From positions 32,001 to 96,000 of IMG/VR virus record IMGVR_UViG_3300032753_000007: a stretch of 64,000 nt of DNA. The stretch is one strand, 5' to 3'. Source of the DNA: a virus. Made by a program: the position numbers and the translations under genes. Of this stretch, positions 49,341 through 59,809 are shown piece after piece. Every line of letters starts with the position of its first letter. Position 1 is the first letter of the stretch. The notes below the pieces were generated by a model that searched no databases, was not told the DNA's origin, and saw nothing but the letters and a program-made list of their open reading frames with translations.

Positions 49341-51491
49341 ATGATTTTATCACTAGATGATTGGAAAAGCTATCCAAGTGCCATTGTAGATTTAAATACA
49401 CGAAATGAATCTTGGATAAGAATGGCTAGTTTATTAAAATTAATGGGTGTTAAAAACTATTATTTTTTCTTAGCTTTATTACAACCAGAATTACAAGGCG
49501 TAGATCCTTATTCTCCTGATCTAACAGACCATCAAAAAACACTAATTAGTTATGAAGTAAGATACAATATTTGGTATTTCTTTAGAGAAGTAGTAAGAGT
49601 ACCTAATGGTAATAACCCACTGCGATATGGGCTTAATCGTGGTAACTTATCTTTGTATTGGTCTTTTTTGTCAGGCATTGATTATGGTTTAATTATGATT
49701 CGTCAAACAGGCAAAACATTAGCCTGTGATGCATTAGAAAATTGGTTACTATATATATACTATCGTAATCAAGATATGTTTTTGTTTACTAAAGATGATA
49801 AGTTAAGAAAAAAAAATATATCTAGATTAAAAGACTTACGTGATTTATTACCTGTCTATTTAATACCTACTTCTAAAAAAGATGTTGATAATTTAGATGA
49901 ATTGTCGTGTAGTCAAAACGCTGTTTATTATAGAACAAAAGCAGGTCAACCTGGCAGGCAAGCAGCAGAAAGTGCTGGTCGTGGTTTAACAGCACCTTAT
50001 GTTAGAATTGATGAAGGCCCCTATATTCCTAATGCGCAGCTTTCTATTCCCGCTATTATATCTATTACAGGTGCAGCTAGAGAAAATGCTGAAAATGACG
50101 GTACGTTATATGGTAACGTTTATATAACGTCAGCAGGTAGATTAGATAGTACTGAAGGAAAATACATGTATAATTTTTTAAATTCAGGCATGTATTGGAA
50201 TGAAACGCTATATGACTGTAAAGATAAATATGAAGCCAGAGAAACAGTCATTACTAACAGTGGTGGACGGTGTTTGTTATATGGTACGTTTAATCATAGG
50301 CAATTAAGTAAAACTGACGAGTGGTTAAAAAAGCGTATCATGCTAGCGCAGGATACAGCAGATGGTATTAATAAAGACTATTTTAATATTTGGGTAAATG
50401 GATCAGAATATGGTGCTATTCCATCTAACCTATTAGACATTATTAGAAAGTCTGAAATAGATCCTCTTTATACAGAAGTCACTACTGATAGATATATCAT
50501 TAGCTGGTATACCGATAAAAATAATCTAAATGACTATTTAAATAATAATGATCACATAATTTCATTAGATAGTAGTCAAGCAGTGGGTAGAGATAGTAAT
50601 GGATTAGTATTTACAAATGTAATAGACATGGGTGTAACTGCCGTATCACGTGTTAATGAAGCTAGTTTATTACGCTACGGTGAATGGATAGCGACATTAT
50701 TAATTAAGTATCCAAGAACTACCTTTGTAATTGAAGCTAAAGACTCTGCAAGAGGTTTAATTGATACTATAATTGCACGACTAGTAGCAGCTGGCATTGA
50801 TCCATTTAAACGCATGTATAGCAGTATTGTAGATAACCATAAAGACAAAGAAACTGAATTTAGAGAAATCAGTCAAGACTTATATCGTAGACCTGAACAT
50901 GTCTATATTAAGTATAAAAAATATATAGGGTTTAATACTACTGGTAAGACAAGACGTTTGTTATACGATACTATATTAAATGACGCAATACGATCAACAG
51001 GACATTTAATTAAAGATAAGTGTTTAAGTGATGAGTTAAGAGGGCTCATTATTAAAAAAGGTAAAGTAGATCATATGGATGGTGCTCATGATGATTTAGT
51101 CATTGCTTGGTTATTAGCCCATTGGTTTATTAAACACACTAAGAATTTAAGTTATTATGGTATAAATACAATGAAGTGTTTATCAGGTGTAGTAACTGAT
51201 GGTGCTAGTATTAGTAAAGAAGAAGTTGAAAAAAGAAAACAAATAACGGTATTAAATGATGAAATTAATAGTTTAAAACAAGAGTTATTGGTTTCTAATG
51301 GCATTATTGATAATATGCGATTAGAAAAAATGTTAGCCTATAAAGTAGGTCAAGCAAACGCATTAGGCGATAGTACATTAAACTTAGATACCATTATGCG
51401 ATCTATTGATGAAAATAAAACAAACAAAACATCATTAAGAACGCAATTAAATAACTTACAAAACCAAAACCTATATAGACGCCGCTATTAA
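49341..51491 (+). CDS. terL: Terminase large subunit
   Basis: Walker A IRQTGKT, GRGLT, Walker B RIDEG, nuclease motifs SLDSSQAVGRD and HDDLVIAW. Confidence 0.93.
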   Translation: MILSLDDWKSYPSAIVDLNTRNESWIRMASLLKLMGVKNYYFFLALLQPELQGVDPYSPDLTDHQKTLISYEVRYNIWYFFREVVRVPNGNNPLRYGLNRGNLSLYWSFLSGIDYGLIMIRQTGKTLACDALENWLLYIYYRNQDMFLFTKDDKLRKKNISRLKDLRDLLPVYLIPTSKKDVDNLDELSCSQNAVYYRTKAGQPGRQAAESAGRGLTAPYVRIDEGPYIPNAQLSIPAIISITGAARENAENDGTLYGNVYITSAGRLDSTEGKYMYNFLNSGMYWNETLYDCKDKYEARETVITNSGGRCLLYGTFNHRQLSKTDEWLKKRIMLAQDTADGINKDYFNIWVNGSEYGAIPSNLLDIIRKSEIDPLYTEVTTDRYIISWYTDKNNLNDYLNNNDHIISLDSSQAVGRDSNGLVFTNVIDMGVTAVSRVNEASLLRYGEWIATLLIKYPRTTFVIEAKDSARGLIDTIIARLVAAGIDPFKRMYSSIVDNHKDKETEFREISQDLYRRPEHVYIKYKKYIGFNTTGKTRRLLYDTILNDAIRSTGHLIKDKCLSDELRGLIIKKGKVDHMDGAHDDLVIAWLLAHWFIKHTKNLSYYGINTMKCLSGVVTDGASISKEEVEKRKQITVLNDEINSLKQELLVSNGIIDNMRLEKMLAYKVGQANALGDSTLNLDTIMRSIDENKTNKTSLRTQLNNLQNQNLYRRRY

Positions 51492-51509
51492 CTAATTGAA
51501 ATAAAAACA

Positions 51510-51974
51510 ATGAATGCTATGTTACAAGATAAAATAAAGTATAATGTTGATGAGTGTCTACTTAAAAATAATCTATATACACCTGTTAAATTAACTGCAG
51601 CTAAACGACATCCCGATAAACGAAACTATCCTTACATTGTAGATATAGAATCTATTGTTAAAGTACTCATTGAAATAGTATTCCCATATGAATTTAGTTA
51701 CTTTAAAATGAATGCTGTTGATGAAAAACAAATCATTAAGAATATAGCAGGATCACTCAAAGTATTTTCTAAAGTCAATAAATTATATCGTGGCTTTATT
51801 ATTAATCAGCCTACTTCATTAGTTTCACCTGAAGGGTATGTTTATAGACAAATGTATGAATACATGTTATACTATTTATATAGCTTTAGTGAAGTACCTA
51901 GACAAAGAACAACTGAAATGAATAACTTAATTATACAGTTATGGAAGTCAGTAATTAAATTAAAACATATGTAA
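51510..51974 (+). CDS. Hypothetical protein
   Basis: 154-aa ORF downstream of terL. Confidence 0.6.
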   Translation: MNAMLQDKIKYNVDECLLKNNLYTPVKLTAAKRHPDKRNYPYIVDIESIVKVLIEIVFPYEFSYFKMNAVDEKQIIKNIAGSLKVFSKVNKLYRGFIINQPTSLVSPEGYVYRQMYEYMLYYLYSFSEVPRQRTTEMNNLIIQLWKSVIKLKHM

Positions 51975-51983
51975 AATATCATA

Positions 51984-52015
51984 TACTAGTGCAGAGAGTA
52001 ATCTCTGTACTAGTA
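51984..52015 (+). terminator. Hairpin terminator related to the cassette terminators
   Basis: TACTAGTGCAGAGA-gtaa-TCTCTGTACTAGTA (one G-U pair). Confidence 0.75.
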
Positions 52016-52142
52016 GTGTTTTAATAGTTTTTTTAAATATATATTATTTACATGAAGTATACAGTATTTTTAATAATTATTAAAGAGGTATTATGCGAAG
52101 TAAAAAGTTAAATTATGACACCCAATCAGAAGAGTAAACCCT

Positions 52143-52259
52143 ATGAATATTTGTGAATTAAATACTAAAGACAAAATTATCTATGGATCAATTACCGTAG
52201 CTTTACTTGTAATTGTGTTCTTAGCAGTCTACAATGCGGTAAAATTCTTAATGCCGTAA
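52143..52259 (+). CDS. Small single-TM peptide (38 aa)
   Basis: MNICELNTKDKIIYGSITVALLVIVFLAVYNAVKFLMP*; downstream of a TATATTATT promoter-like motif at 52040. Confidence 0.5.
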   Translation: MNICELNTKDKIIYGSITVALLVIVFLAVYNAVKFLMP

Positions 52260-52381
52260 TGGACACAATTATACTAAACACACTGTTGATCATTATGACA
52301 GTAGGATGGCTAATGTCAATTGTTATACCATTTGGTATAATTTCATATATTATAGCAGCATTCAAACCCAATAAGAGATAA
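52259..52381 (+). CDS. Small membrane peptide (40 aa)
   Basis: TAATG-coupled; MDTIILNTLLIIMTVGWLMSIVIPFGIISYIIAAFKPNKR*. Confidence 0.55.
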   Translation: MDTIILNTLLIIMTVGWLMSIVIPFGIISYIIAAFKPNKR

Positions 52382-52417
52382 ACTCTTTATCCACCTGATT
52401 TGCAATAAAGTACGGCA

Positions 52418-52454
52418 TAGTGTCCTACTACAGCATTGCTGTAGTAGGACACTA
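52418..52454. terminator. Bidirectional hairpin
   Basis: 18-bp arms TAGTGTCCTACTACAGCA/TGCTGTAGTAGGACACTA. Confidence 0.8.
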
Positions 52455-52584
52455 GTACCAGCTTTTTAACAATTAAACTTATTGCCAGTAAGTTTACTTT
52501 CACCCCTTACCACAAGGATATCTTTAAGTTATTATGTTCATAACTTTCACATAATATAATGATTATCTTTTATTTTTTTAATCA

Positions 52585-53814
52585 TTAATGAATAGTAACT
52601 AATGCACGAATAAGAATATATATCATTACACCAATCCGTGTACCAGGCAATGTTAATTCAGTAATGTCTGGATTAGCTTCTTCAATAATGACCGCTATAT
52701 TTTTTTTTATTTTATTATATTCAGGTGATATCAATCTACTGGATCTTAAAACACCTTTCATTTTAATACCAATTATACCTAAATCATGTAATGGAATACT
52801 TTCTTTTTGTAATACATCAAAAGAAAACATTAATATTTCATCTACTAGATCATGTACATTAACACCATGTATTCGTTTAAAATAATTTTTAGATATAACT
52901 TTTAATGTATTATCTAAATAAGCAGGATATACAGTATTAACAGTTAACAATATAGCGCGTCTAACATCGTCATTAATAAATGCATTAACATCAGGCACTA
53001 TAGCATCCATAGCTGTTTTAATACTAATATATTTATTAGTAGCATCTTTTAAAAACTTTTCTCCTTCAAAAGTAGAAAACTTACTCGTTGTTGCTATCTT
53101 TAATTCTTTTTCATGATATTCATAAAAACGAGTATTTAAGATATTTATAATTGATCTTAAACGACTCTGTATATCATTTAACATTTTAACAATTGAAATA
53201 TTATCATCTAATGATCTTAATGTATGCGTGTGTAATGTATCATCAGCTATAATTTCATCAGTACGCATTTGGATTAGTGCTTGCCAACTGCCTGCTTTTT
53301 TTAAAGAGAATCTATTGTTTAATGACTCATATACGGCTGTAGCTATAGCAATATTAGCAGGGTATTTAAAGTCATTGTATAAAATGCTACTAATAAACTT
53401 ATATTGCAGCATATTAATTGCAGCGCTCGCTAATGCCATTTTTTCTTTTTCATTTAAAGTATCTGAAATTAAAGCATGATGCGCTATCCATATACAGGAT
53501 AAGTTAATTGGATTACTAGATACTTTAAAAGATTTATTGATATCAGGTAAATGATAAAGATGCTCTGTTAAGATATCAAAGTCTACTACTTCAATACCGA
53601 GTACATTATTAATCCAATTGTTTCTATCTACTTTACTCCAAACAATAGGAAATACACCTGTTAAATTACCACCAAAGAAATTAATAGAATTTTCATCTTT
53701 ATTAATAAAGTCATTAGTATAGTTAATAACTTTTAATATAAATGCTCTATCAAACTTAATATCTAAAAACTGATCAAATGCATATTTTACTGTTTTTTCA
53801 ATAGGTAATTTCAT
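52585..53814 (-). CDS. Conserved virion structural protein (phiKZ gp32-like)
   Basis: 409 aa; FFGGNL.G, VSSNP.NLS, F.LK..GSW motifs recalled from this family. Confidence 0.6.
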   Translation of the reverse strand: MKLPIEKTVKYAFDQFLDIKFDRAFILKVINYTNDFINKDENSINFFGGNLTGVFPIVWSKVDRNNWINNVLGIEVVDFDILTEHLYHLPDINKSFKVSSNPINLSCIWIAHHALISDTLNEKEKMALASAAINMLQYKFISSILYNDFKYPANIAIATAVYESLNNRFSLKKAGSWQALIQMRTDEIIADDTLHTHTLRSLDDNISIVKMLNDIQSRLRSIINILNTRFYEYHEKELKIATTSKFSTFEGEKFLKDATNKYISIKTAMDAIVPDVNAFINDDVRRAILLTVNTVYPAYLDNTLKVISKNYFKRIHGVNVHDLVDEILMFSFDVLQKESIPLHDLGIIGIKMKGVLRSSRLISPEYNKIKKNIAVIIEEANPDITELTLPGTRIGVMIYILIRALVTIH

Positions 53815-53821
53815 TATTCAC

Positions 53822-54568
53822 CTATACAGTTGACAACATACGTGCAATAGCGTTCATACTTGCTCTATCACCCAATATGCCCATTTTAGTGGTTTTTTCC
53901 ATAAGTTCATAATACTCTTCTTCAGCACTGCTATAGCTATCAATGTATTCTTTTATAACACCTAATGCAATACCTTGTCTTACTTCAGCAGTGCCCAGTT
54001 TAATGCGCATGGTATTATAAATAATAAACTTAGTAGCGAGTATACAGAGTTTTCTATAATGGGGTAATAATCTAGGTGCAATGTTTCCTAAGTCAGGATC
54101 ATTCTCTAATATACAGCGTAATGTTGCTATTGGTGTATAAAACATACCAGGTACATAAATGGTATTAATGCCTGTTAAAGATAATTCTACTTTAGCATCT
54201 GATGTCGAAATCATATCAGTTGCAGCAGATGCAATAGTAGGTTGATAAGGGGCTTGTAATGAATAGCCATAACCAACTGATAGGACAGATAGTATACGTC
54301 TACCATTAGTAACGGATAAGCCAATTCTATAAATAGAGCCTTCACGTAATTGCGTAATATCAGCATTAGATAAATCTACAATAGCTTCAATGCCAGATAC
54401 TAAATTACAATCAGCACCTACTTTATCAATAATTATTTTATTTTTTAATACACCATTTAAAGGAAGTGGTAAGTCATTTAGATTAGGTGTTTCCATAAAT
54501 GACATTTCTAGTATTTCAATAGGGATAGCATACTTAATTTGGTTAATTAAATATTCAGCATTATTCAT
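53822..54568 (-). CDS. Conserved jumbo-phage protein
   Basis: GAGGT SD; IP.EIL...F, DCNLVSG, LRCILEND motifs. Confidence 0.6.
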   Translation of the reverse strand: MNNAEYLINQIKYAIPIEILEMSFMETPNLNDLPLPLNGVLKNKIIIDKVGADCNLVSGIEAIVDLSNADITQLREGSIYRIGLSVTNGRRILSVLSVGYGYSLQAPYQPTIASAATDMISTSDAKVELSLTGINTIYVPGMFYTPIATLRCILENDPDLGNIAPRLLPHYRKLCILATKFIIYNTMRIKLGTAEVRQGIALGVIKEYIDSYSSAEEEYYELMEKTTKMGILGDRASMNAIARMLSTV

Positions 54569-54630
54569 GGCATTACCTCAGCTAAAAAATGAATACACAT
54601 TATAACTTTATGTATGGCTAGTTATATCAA

Positions 54631-54660
54631 GATAATTTAAATGATATATTATTACTATGC
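54631..54660 (+). promoter_or_regulatory. Putative early promoter
   Basis: GATAATTTAAATGATATATTATTACTATGC. Confidence 0.6.
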
Positions 54661-54690
54661 TTTATACTACAACTAACTAGGAAAAATTCA

Positions 54691-55125
54691 ATGAAAGAAA
54701 AAATAAGCTCTATTGGCATATATAGTGTTGAGCTAGACATTATTGTAGACAAAGTAATGGTAAACGCCTGTCTTTTTGCCTCTGGTGAAATAGGCATCTA
54801 TAGGAAGGTTAATAAGGCTGCACGCAGTGGGTATGCTAAAGTAAACCCATTGCAATTTATTGAATATAGGAATCATTGTGAAAAGATAAACCATATGGCA
54901 CAGTTGTATAAACGCATTCAGCATCTAAACACCTATTTAGATATAAGTGAGGATTCAATAGCGTTTATAGAGTATAAACTATTTACACGCGAACGCATTG
55001 TTAGCGCACTCTATCGGATAAGAAAACTGTATGAAGAAATAACAACATTTACTGATAGGCTTATTTATAGCGGTCTAGATGATATTATTATTCCATTACC
55101 ACTAGACCTTTTATCATCACTTTAA
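54691..55125 (+). CDS. Hypothetical protein
   Basis: AGGA SD; 144 aa. Confidence 0.6.
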   Translation: MKEKISSIGIYSVELDIIVDKVMVNACLFASGEIGIYRKVNKAARSGYAKVNPLQFIEYRNHCEKINHMAQLYKRIQHLNTYLDISEDSIAFIEYKLFTRERIVSALYRIRKLYEEITTFTDRLIYSGLDDIIIPLPLDLLSSL

Positions 55126-55164
55126 TTTATTTACTCTTTACCACAATTAAATAAGGAAAATCTA

Positions 55165-56166
55165 ATGCCTAAAAATACAATTCACGTTTATGCTTGCGGC
55201 GGTGCTGGAATTAACAGAGCCATTAGTATTGAACTACCCATCAATGCAGCTGGGTTTGCTACACCCCATACCACACTCATTGACACCAGTACATCAAACT
55301 TACCAAAACAACTACCCTCTAACTTTACACAATACATGATACCAGGTGTTGATGGTGCTGGTAAGAATAGAGGATTTGCACACAATGTTTCTATTGCTCA
55401 TTTAGATAAGATATTGATTGATAATAAACAAGGCGATGTCAATGTGGTTATATTCAGCATGAGTGGTGGTAGTGGTTCAGTTATTGGCCCTATGTTAATT
55501 AAGCGGTTATTAGAGCGTGATTGCTCTGTTATCAGCTTAGGAATCGCTAACTTAACCAGTGCTGTTGAAGCTAACAATACGCGCTCCACGCTGCTAACAT
55601 TATCAAATGTCAGTAGCAATGTAACTGGCGTACCATTGGTTTGTGGTATGTATGAAAATACAAGTATGACACCACGCAGTGCAGTAGATGCTAAAATCGA
55701 TAATGATTTAAGAGCTATCGCGATGTTATGTAGCGGTGAAAATATTGCATTAGATAAAATGGATATTTATAACTGGCTACATTTTAACAAAATTACGTCA
55801 GTGCCTTCACAATTGGTAGAGCTACACATTGATGTAGTCACCATAGAAAATGAACCCCATTATTCACCTGAGTACGCGAATGTAATTAGCACTGCATCGG
55901 TATTGCATTCTCAAGACTTAATTGAGCCTGCTTTAAATCAGGCTTATGGTTGCGTCGGTTATTTATCGCCTGCTACATTAGAAGCCTCTGATTCTTCTAA
56001 ACCGTCACTACACTTCATTTTATCTAATGCTAATTTAGTATCACGATTAGAAAACTATGAAGCTATATTAAAATCGTTTAAAGAAAAAGAAGCAGCGACT
56101 GCAGCTGTTAAACTAATTGATGTACCTGTTATAATTGGAGCTGATAAAGACGGCTTTATTATATAA
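55165..56166 (+). CDS. phuZ: PhuZ tubulin/FtsZ-like spindle protein
   Basis: YACGGAGIN, IDTS, GAGKNR, tubulin signature SGGSGS, LD..D; C-terminal tail DKDGFII. Confidence 0.93.
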   Translation: MPKNTIHVYACGGAGINRAISIELPINAAGFATPHTTLIDTSTSNLPKQLPSNFTQYMIPGVDGAGKNRGFAHNVSIAHLDKILIDNKQGDVNVVIFSMSGGSGSVIGPMLIKRLLERDCSVISLGIANLTSAVEANNTRSTLLTLSNVSSNVTGVPLVCGMYENTSMTPRSAVDAKIDNDLRAIAMLCSGENIALDKMDIYNWLHFNKITSVPSQLVELHIDVVTIENEPHYSPEYANVISTASVLHSQDLIEPALNQAYGCVGYLSPATLEASDSSKPSLHFILSNANLVSRLENYEAILKSFKEKEAATAAVKLIDVPVIIGADKDGFII

Positions 56167-56172
56167 TCATGT

Positions 56173-56203
56173 AGAGGTGACTACCTAGGTAGTCACCTCT
56201 TTT
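56173..56203 (+). terminator. Perfect 28-bp palindrome plus T tract
   Basis: AGAGGTGACTACCT|AGGTAGTCACCTCT. Confidence 0.75.
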
Positions 56204-56217
56204 AATGGAGATTAATA

Positions 56218-56676
56218 ATGAATTTTATATTTGATATACGACAATTAGCATGTGAAACAGTAGGCATACTAAATATGTATACGCCTAACTTAGGTACGGA
56301 CAAACCACAAATAGATGACATGGAATATCTAATATGGTGCATATTAAATTCACAAATAGAAAGAAAGCTAAATAAGCTAGTCTTTAAAAAGACGAGTAGT
56401 GCTGTGCATTATCGCAATTACATTGAACGATATCGCCTATATCTAAATCCTACTAAAAAAATAGTAGAATCAATGACTGGCTTTATAGCCTATAGCCAAA
56501 TAATTGAAGAGTATATCAAACAAGATACATTTGAGTATTGGATCATTACTAAAGGAATGGGAGAAAATAAAGAAATCTATCAGCTAGAATCAGCAGGTGA
56601 TTATCGAATATTAGAATGGGAAGCAGATCATCTTATTAATGGCATATATGTTTCAAGAAGACGCACCATTCCCTGA
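56218..56676 (+). CDS. Conserved hypothetical protein
   Basis: GGAG SD; C-terminal GDYRILEW motif. Confidence 0.6.
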   Translation: MNFIFDIRQLACETVGILNMYTPNLGTDKPQIDDMEYLIWCILNSQIERKLNKLVFKKTSSAVHYRNYIERYRLYLNPTKKIVESMTGFIAYSQIIEEYIKQDTFEYWIITKGMGENKEIYQLESAGDYRILEWEADHLINGIYVSRRRTIP

Positions 56677-57070
56677 AGCAGTATCTTATATTTTTTCTGC
56701 TAATGCATTAAAAGAAATAGTCAATGAGATTATTGCGCCCTCTATTGGTAGCTTTAGTAGTATCATTGATTTAGAGCCATACTTAATGAATGAGTTATTT
56801 AAAGAATTACAAAAAGAAAACTATTATGAAATACCAAACATTGCACAGTATTTAAATGAATGGCCTATGCCTAGTGACATACGTGAATATATTCTTTATG
56901 AATTATCAGTTGTTTGTAAATCAATTGCCAATAACATTATTAATGATTTAAAAAATAAACTATTAGTCGATTTTATAATCATTAAAAACTACACTATCAT
57001 AGCCAACGTTGTTTATTATTCAGAGAGAACATCATGCCAGAATCTATTACAATATCCCAAATACAATTAA
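56639..57070 (+). CDS. Hypothetical protein
   Basis: 143-aa ORF overlapping both neighbours. Confidence 0.55.
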   Translation: MAYMFQEDAPFPEAVSYIFSANALKEIVNEIIAPSIGSFSSIIDLEPYLMNELFKELQKENYYEIPNIAQYLNEWPMPSDIREYILYELSVVCKSIANNIINDLKNKLLVDFIIIKNYTIIANVVYYSERTSCQNLLQYPKYN

Positions 57071-57459
57071 ATGACATTATATCCTTTACTACTTATGGTG
57101 TAGGTGGCATCCTTCAAATTACTAATGGCACTGTCATTGGAATTGAAACAGGCACTAATTTAAGAAATCCTACTGCTGCTGCTGCTGAACACACTAATCT
57201 ATTTGGTGCTATTCCACAAAGCACTAGTAACCCTATCCCAAATGATTATAGAAAATATAATTATTTATTAATTCAAAAAACTGATAATACGTTAGTAGAA
57301 GTAGGGTTTCCATGGATTAATCAAAGCACCTTAACACGTTTAGCCTATGGTACTTTAACAGTGGTCATTGAAGATTTTACTACGAGTAATTTACCTATAT
57401 TGACTGCGTTCTTATTAGCACAAGGTTGGACAAACAACACCATTACTTATAGCAATTAA
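57034..57459 (+). CDS. Conserved hypothetical protein (beta-rich)
   Basis: GAGAG SD; IPNDY..Y.YL...GFPWI motif. Confidence 0.6.
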   Translation: MPESITISQIQLNDIISFTTYGVGGILQITNGTVIGIETGTNLRNPTAAAAEHTNLFGAIPQSTSNPIPNDYRKYNYLLIQKTDNTLVEVGFPWINQSTLTRLAYGTLTVVIEDFTTSNLPILTAFLLAQGWTNNTITYSN

Positions 57460-57467
57460 ATGCATTA

Positions 57468-57501
57468 TACACAGCCATTGCATAATTGCAATGGCTGTGT
57501 A
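57468..57501. terminator. Hairpin
   Basis: TACACAGCCATTGCA-taat-TGCAATGGCTGTGTA. Confidence 0.7.
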
Positions 57502-57551
57502 ATTGTAGGCGTTTCTATTATTCTATACCTAAGATAAATTGAGAATAATTA

Positions 57552-59717
57552 ATGAGTGATGCTTTTGTTAAACCACCTGACCACTATCATAGAGACCTAG
57601 ATATTAAAGGCAATGCTGAGCTAATAGCAGCTAAATATTTACAAGTCAAAACAGGACAATCATTTGATGTTTGTTTAGATTTTGTTAAAAAAGAAACAAG
57701 TGATAATGGTTTATTTCCGTTAGCGCCTAAACATTTAAAAGTATTAAGAAAAGATCAAAATCAAGATAGAGTAAAAGACGTTTATAGCATTGATAAGATA
57801 TTAGGTATAGCAACGCATGAGAAAGCAGCACTAACGGGTAATATGTGCGTGTATAGCTCAAATGAAAATATACCATGTAGTACGGCTAATTATATAAATG
57901 ATAAGTTAAATCTAAGAGCTTCTATTAAAGAGAAAGAAAAGATTGCTGAACAAGAAGGAAATAAACTATTAGCAATGACCTGTAACAATGGTCAAACTGC
58001 TGCAAAGCTATTAAATAACTCAGTATCAGGTGCTAGAGTATCACCTTATAATCCCTTACATTTAAAAACAGCACATTCTTCATTAACCTCTACCACTATG
58101 TTGTCAGTTAGTTATAGTAACTCATCTACTGAAAGATTCTTATCTGGAAATAGGCATTATTATAATCTCTCAGTCACTATTGACGCTATCCTATCTGTTA
58201 CATTAAATACAGATTATCGAGCCTTAGAAGCGACTGTCGTTAAGTATAGGCTATATATACCTAATACGTCAGATGTATTTAAAAGCATTAAGCGCTGTAG
58301 TAAGTTCTATTGGAAAAATACACATTGGGATGATGAGTTAATAGATATTATTAACGGATTAACTGATTTAGAAAAATGTGCTTTTTTATATACAGGTGAT
58401 TTTTTTAATCTCTCTAAACACAATCCAGACTTTGTAAGAGGTTTGTTATTTGAAGGTATACAGCCTGCTGATACAAATAGAGATATTGATTCAGATGCTA
58501 TTGTAAAATCTGCTGATGCAGATATTATTGCATTATGTTCAGTATTATGTTCTGAGTTTTTAACAGGCACAATACCTGCTAAAATTAAAGCAACTAACCC
58601 AGAGCAATACAAGTACTTTGCTTGTACTATACTAGATGTTTGTAATTACATGAATAAATACAGTGATTTGTTTAGCACATTATTTGCTACTGTTAATATG
58701 CCATTAATGATTAGTGAGTTTCCTAATTCAATTAGACGCTCTGTAATGGGGTCTGATACAGATTCTAATATGTTTACTGTACAAGAATGGATAGTTTGGT
58801 TATTTGGTAAAGTTATTTTTTCTATTGAATCCACTAAAATAGCACAACTATTGTGTTACTTAGTATCTGAAGTAACCGCACATTCATTAATATCCTTATC
58901 ACGCCAATTAGGCGTTAAAGATAAAGAATTATATCGATTAAAAATGAAAAGTGAATTTAGCTTTGCTATTTATGGTAGAGCAAATAAAGCTAAGCACTAT
59001 GCTACATTAATGACCTCACGTGAAGGCAATGTATTCTCAACACCTAAGTTTGAAATTAAAGGTGTGGGATTAAAAGATTCTAAAATACCTAAATCTATTA
59101 TAGGTCGCTTAGAAGAAGAATTTATTTATTTGTTTACTAAAATAACAAATAACAAAGGTATTGATATTTACCTATTATTACAACGGATTGCTAACTTAGA
59201 ACACTCAATTATGGAAGATTTAAATAAAGGCGATATTCAGTATTTATCAATGGTTAAAATAGCTAATAAAGAAGCTTATAAAAAACCAATGGCTAGTAAG
59301 TACATGCATTATGACTTATGGCAAAATGTTTATGAAAAAAAGTTTGGATCAGTAGGCGCGCCGCCTTATCAATGCGTTAAAATATCTACTACATTAATTA
59401 ATAAAACCAGTATAGAAAAATGGATAGCTGCATCAGATAGTAGCTATAGAAATGAATTAGAAGAGTGGTTAATTAGAAATAATAAGACATCATTAAAGAT
59501 GTTATTAGTGCCATTAGAGTTGTTTAAAACAGGATTGCCTAAAGAGTTTTCTGACTTGATTGATAAACGTAAAATTATAAGTGAGTTAATTTCAGGCTAT
59601 TATACATTATTAGAAATCATAGGGTTTTATGTACGTAATGAATCCACATCAATTCTATTAATGGATGATATAGAATATAGACCAGAATATGGATTACCAG
59701 GTGATGAATTAAAATAA
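57552..59717 (+). CDS. Family-B DNA polymerase, polymerase subunit (phiKZ gp50-like)
   Basis: Q.AAKLLNNSVSGA (motif B), SDTDS (motif C), KHY and KGV; no N-terminal exonuclease motifs evident (split enzyme in this group). Confidence 0.85.
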   Translation: MSDAFVKPPDHYHRDLDIKGNAELIAAKYLQVKTGQSFDVCLDFVKKETSDNGLFPLAPKHLKVLRKDQNQDRVKDVYSIDKILGIATHEKAALTGNMCVYSSNENIPCSTANYINDKLNLRASIKEKEKIAEQEGNKLLAMTCNNGQTAAKLLNNSVSGARVSPYNPLHLKTAHSSLTSTTMLSVSYSNSSTERFLSGNRHYYNLSVTIDAILSVTLNTDYRALEATVVKYRLYIPNTSDVFKSIKRCSKFYWKNTHWDDELIDIINGLTDLEKCAFLYTGDFFNLSKHNPDFVRGLLFEGIQPADTNRDIDSDAIVKSADADIIALCSVLCSEFLTGTIPAKIKATNPEQYKYFACTILDVCNYMNKYSDLFSTLFATVNMPLMISEFPNSIRRSVMGSDTDSNMFTVQEWIVWLFGKVIFSIESTKIAQLLCYLVSEVTAHSLISLSRQLGVKDKELYRLKMKSEFSFAIYGRANKAKHYATLMTSREGNVFSTPKFEIKGVGLKDSKIPKSIIGRLEEEFIYLFTKITNNKGIDIYLLLQRIANLEHSIMEDLNKGDIQYLSMVKIANKEAYKKPMASKYMHYDLWQNVYEKKFGSVGAPPYQCVKISTTLINKTSIEKWIAASDSSYRNELEEWLIRNNKTSLKMLLVPLELFKTGLPKEFSDLIDKRKIISELISGYYTLLEIIGFYVRNESTSILLMDDIEYRPEYGLPGDELK
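59220..59258 (+). repeat. 39-bp segment of the polymerase gene repeated at 59966-60004
   Basis: TTAAATAAAGGCGATATTCAGTATTTATCAATGGTTAAA vs TTAAATAAAGGGGATATACAATATTTATCAATGGTTAAA; 36/39 identical, both encode LNKGDIQYLSMVK. Confidence 0.9.
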
Positions 59718-59809
59718 ATTCAAACTTTTTTTCATATATATATAATTTATATGAATAAAGACAATTCCGTCCTTACATTAACGCTGCAATGAGCAGCAGG
59801 AGCTTTACA
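59714..59809 (+). promoter_or_regulatory. Cassette leader copy 4
   Basis: ATAAATTCAAACTTTTTTTCATATATATATAATTTATATGAATAAAGACAATTCCGTCC; GCTGC-AATGA-GCAGC at 59783-59797, then AGGAG. Confidence 0.85.
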
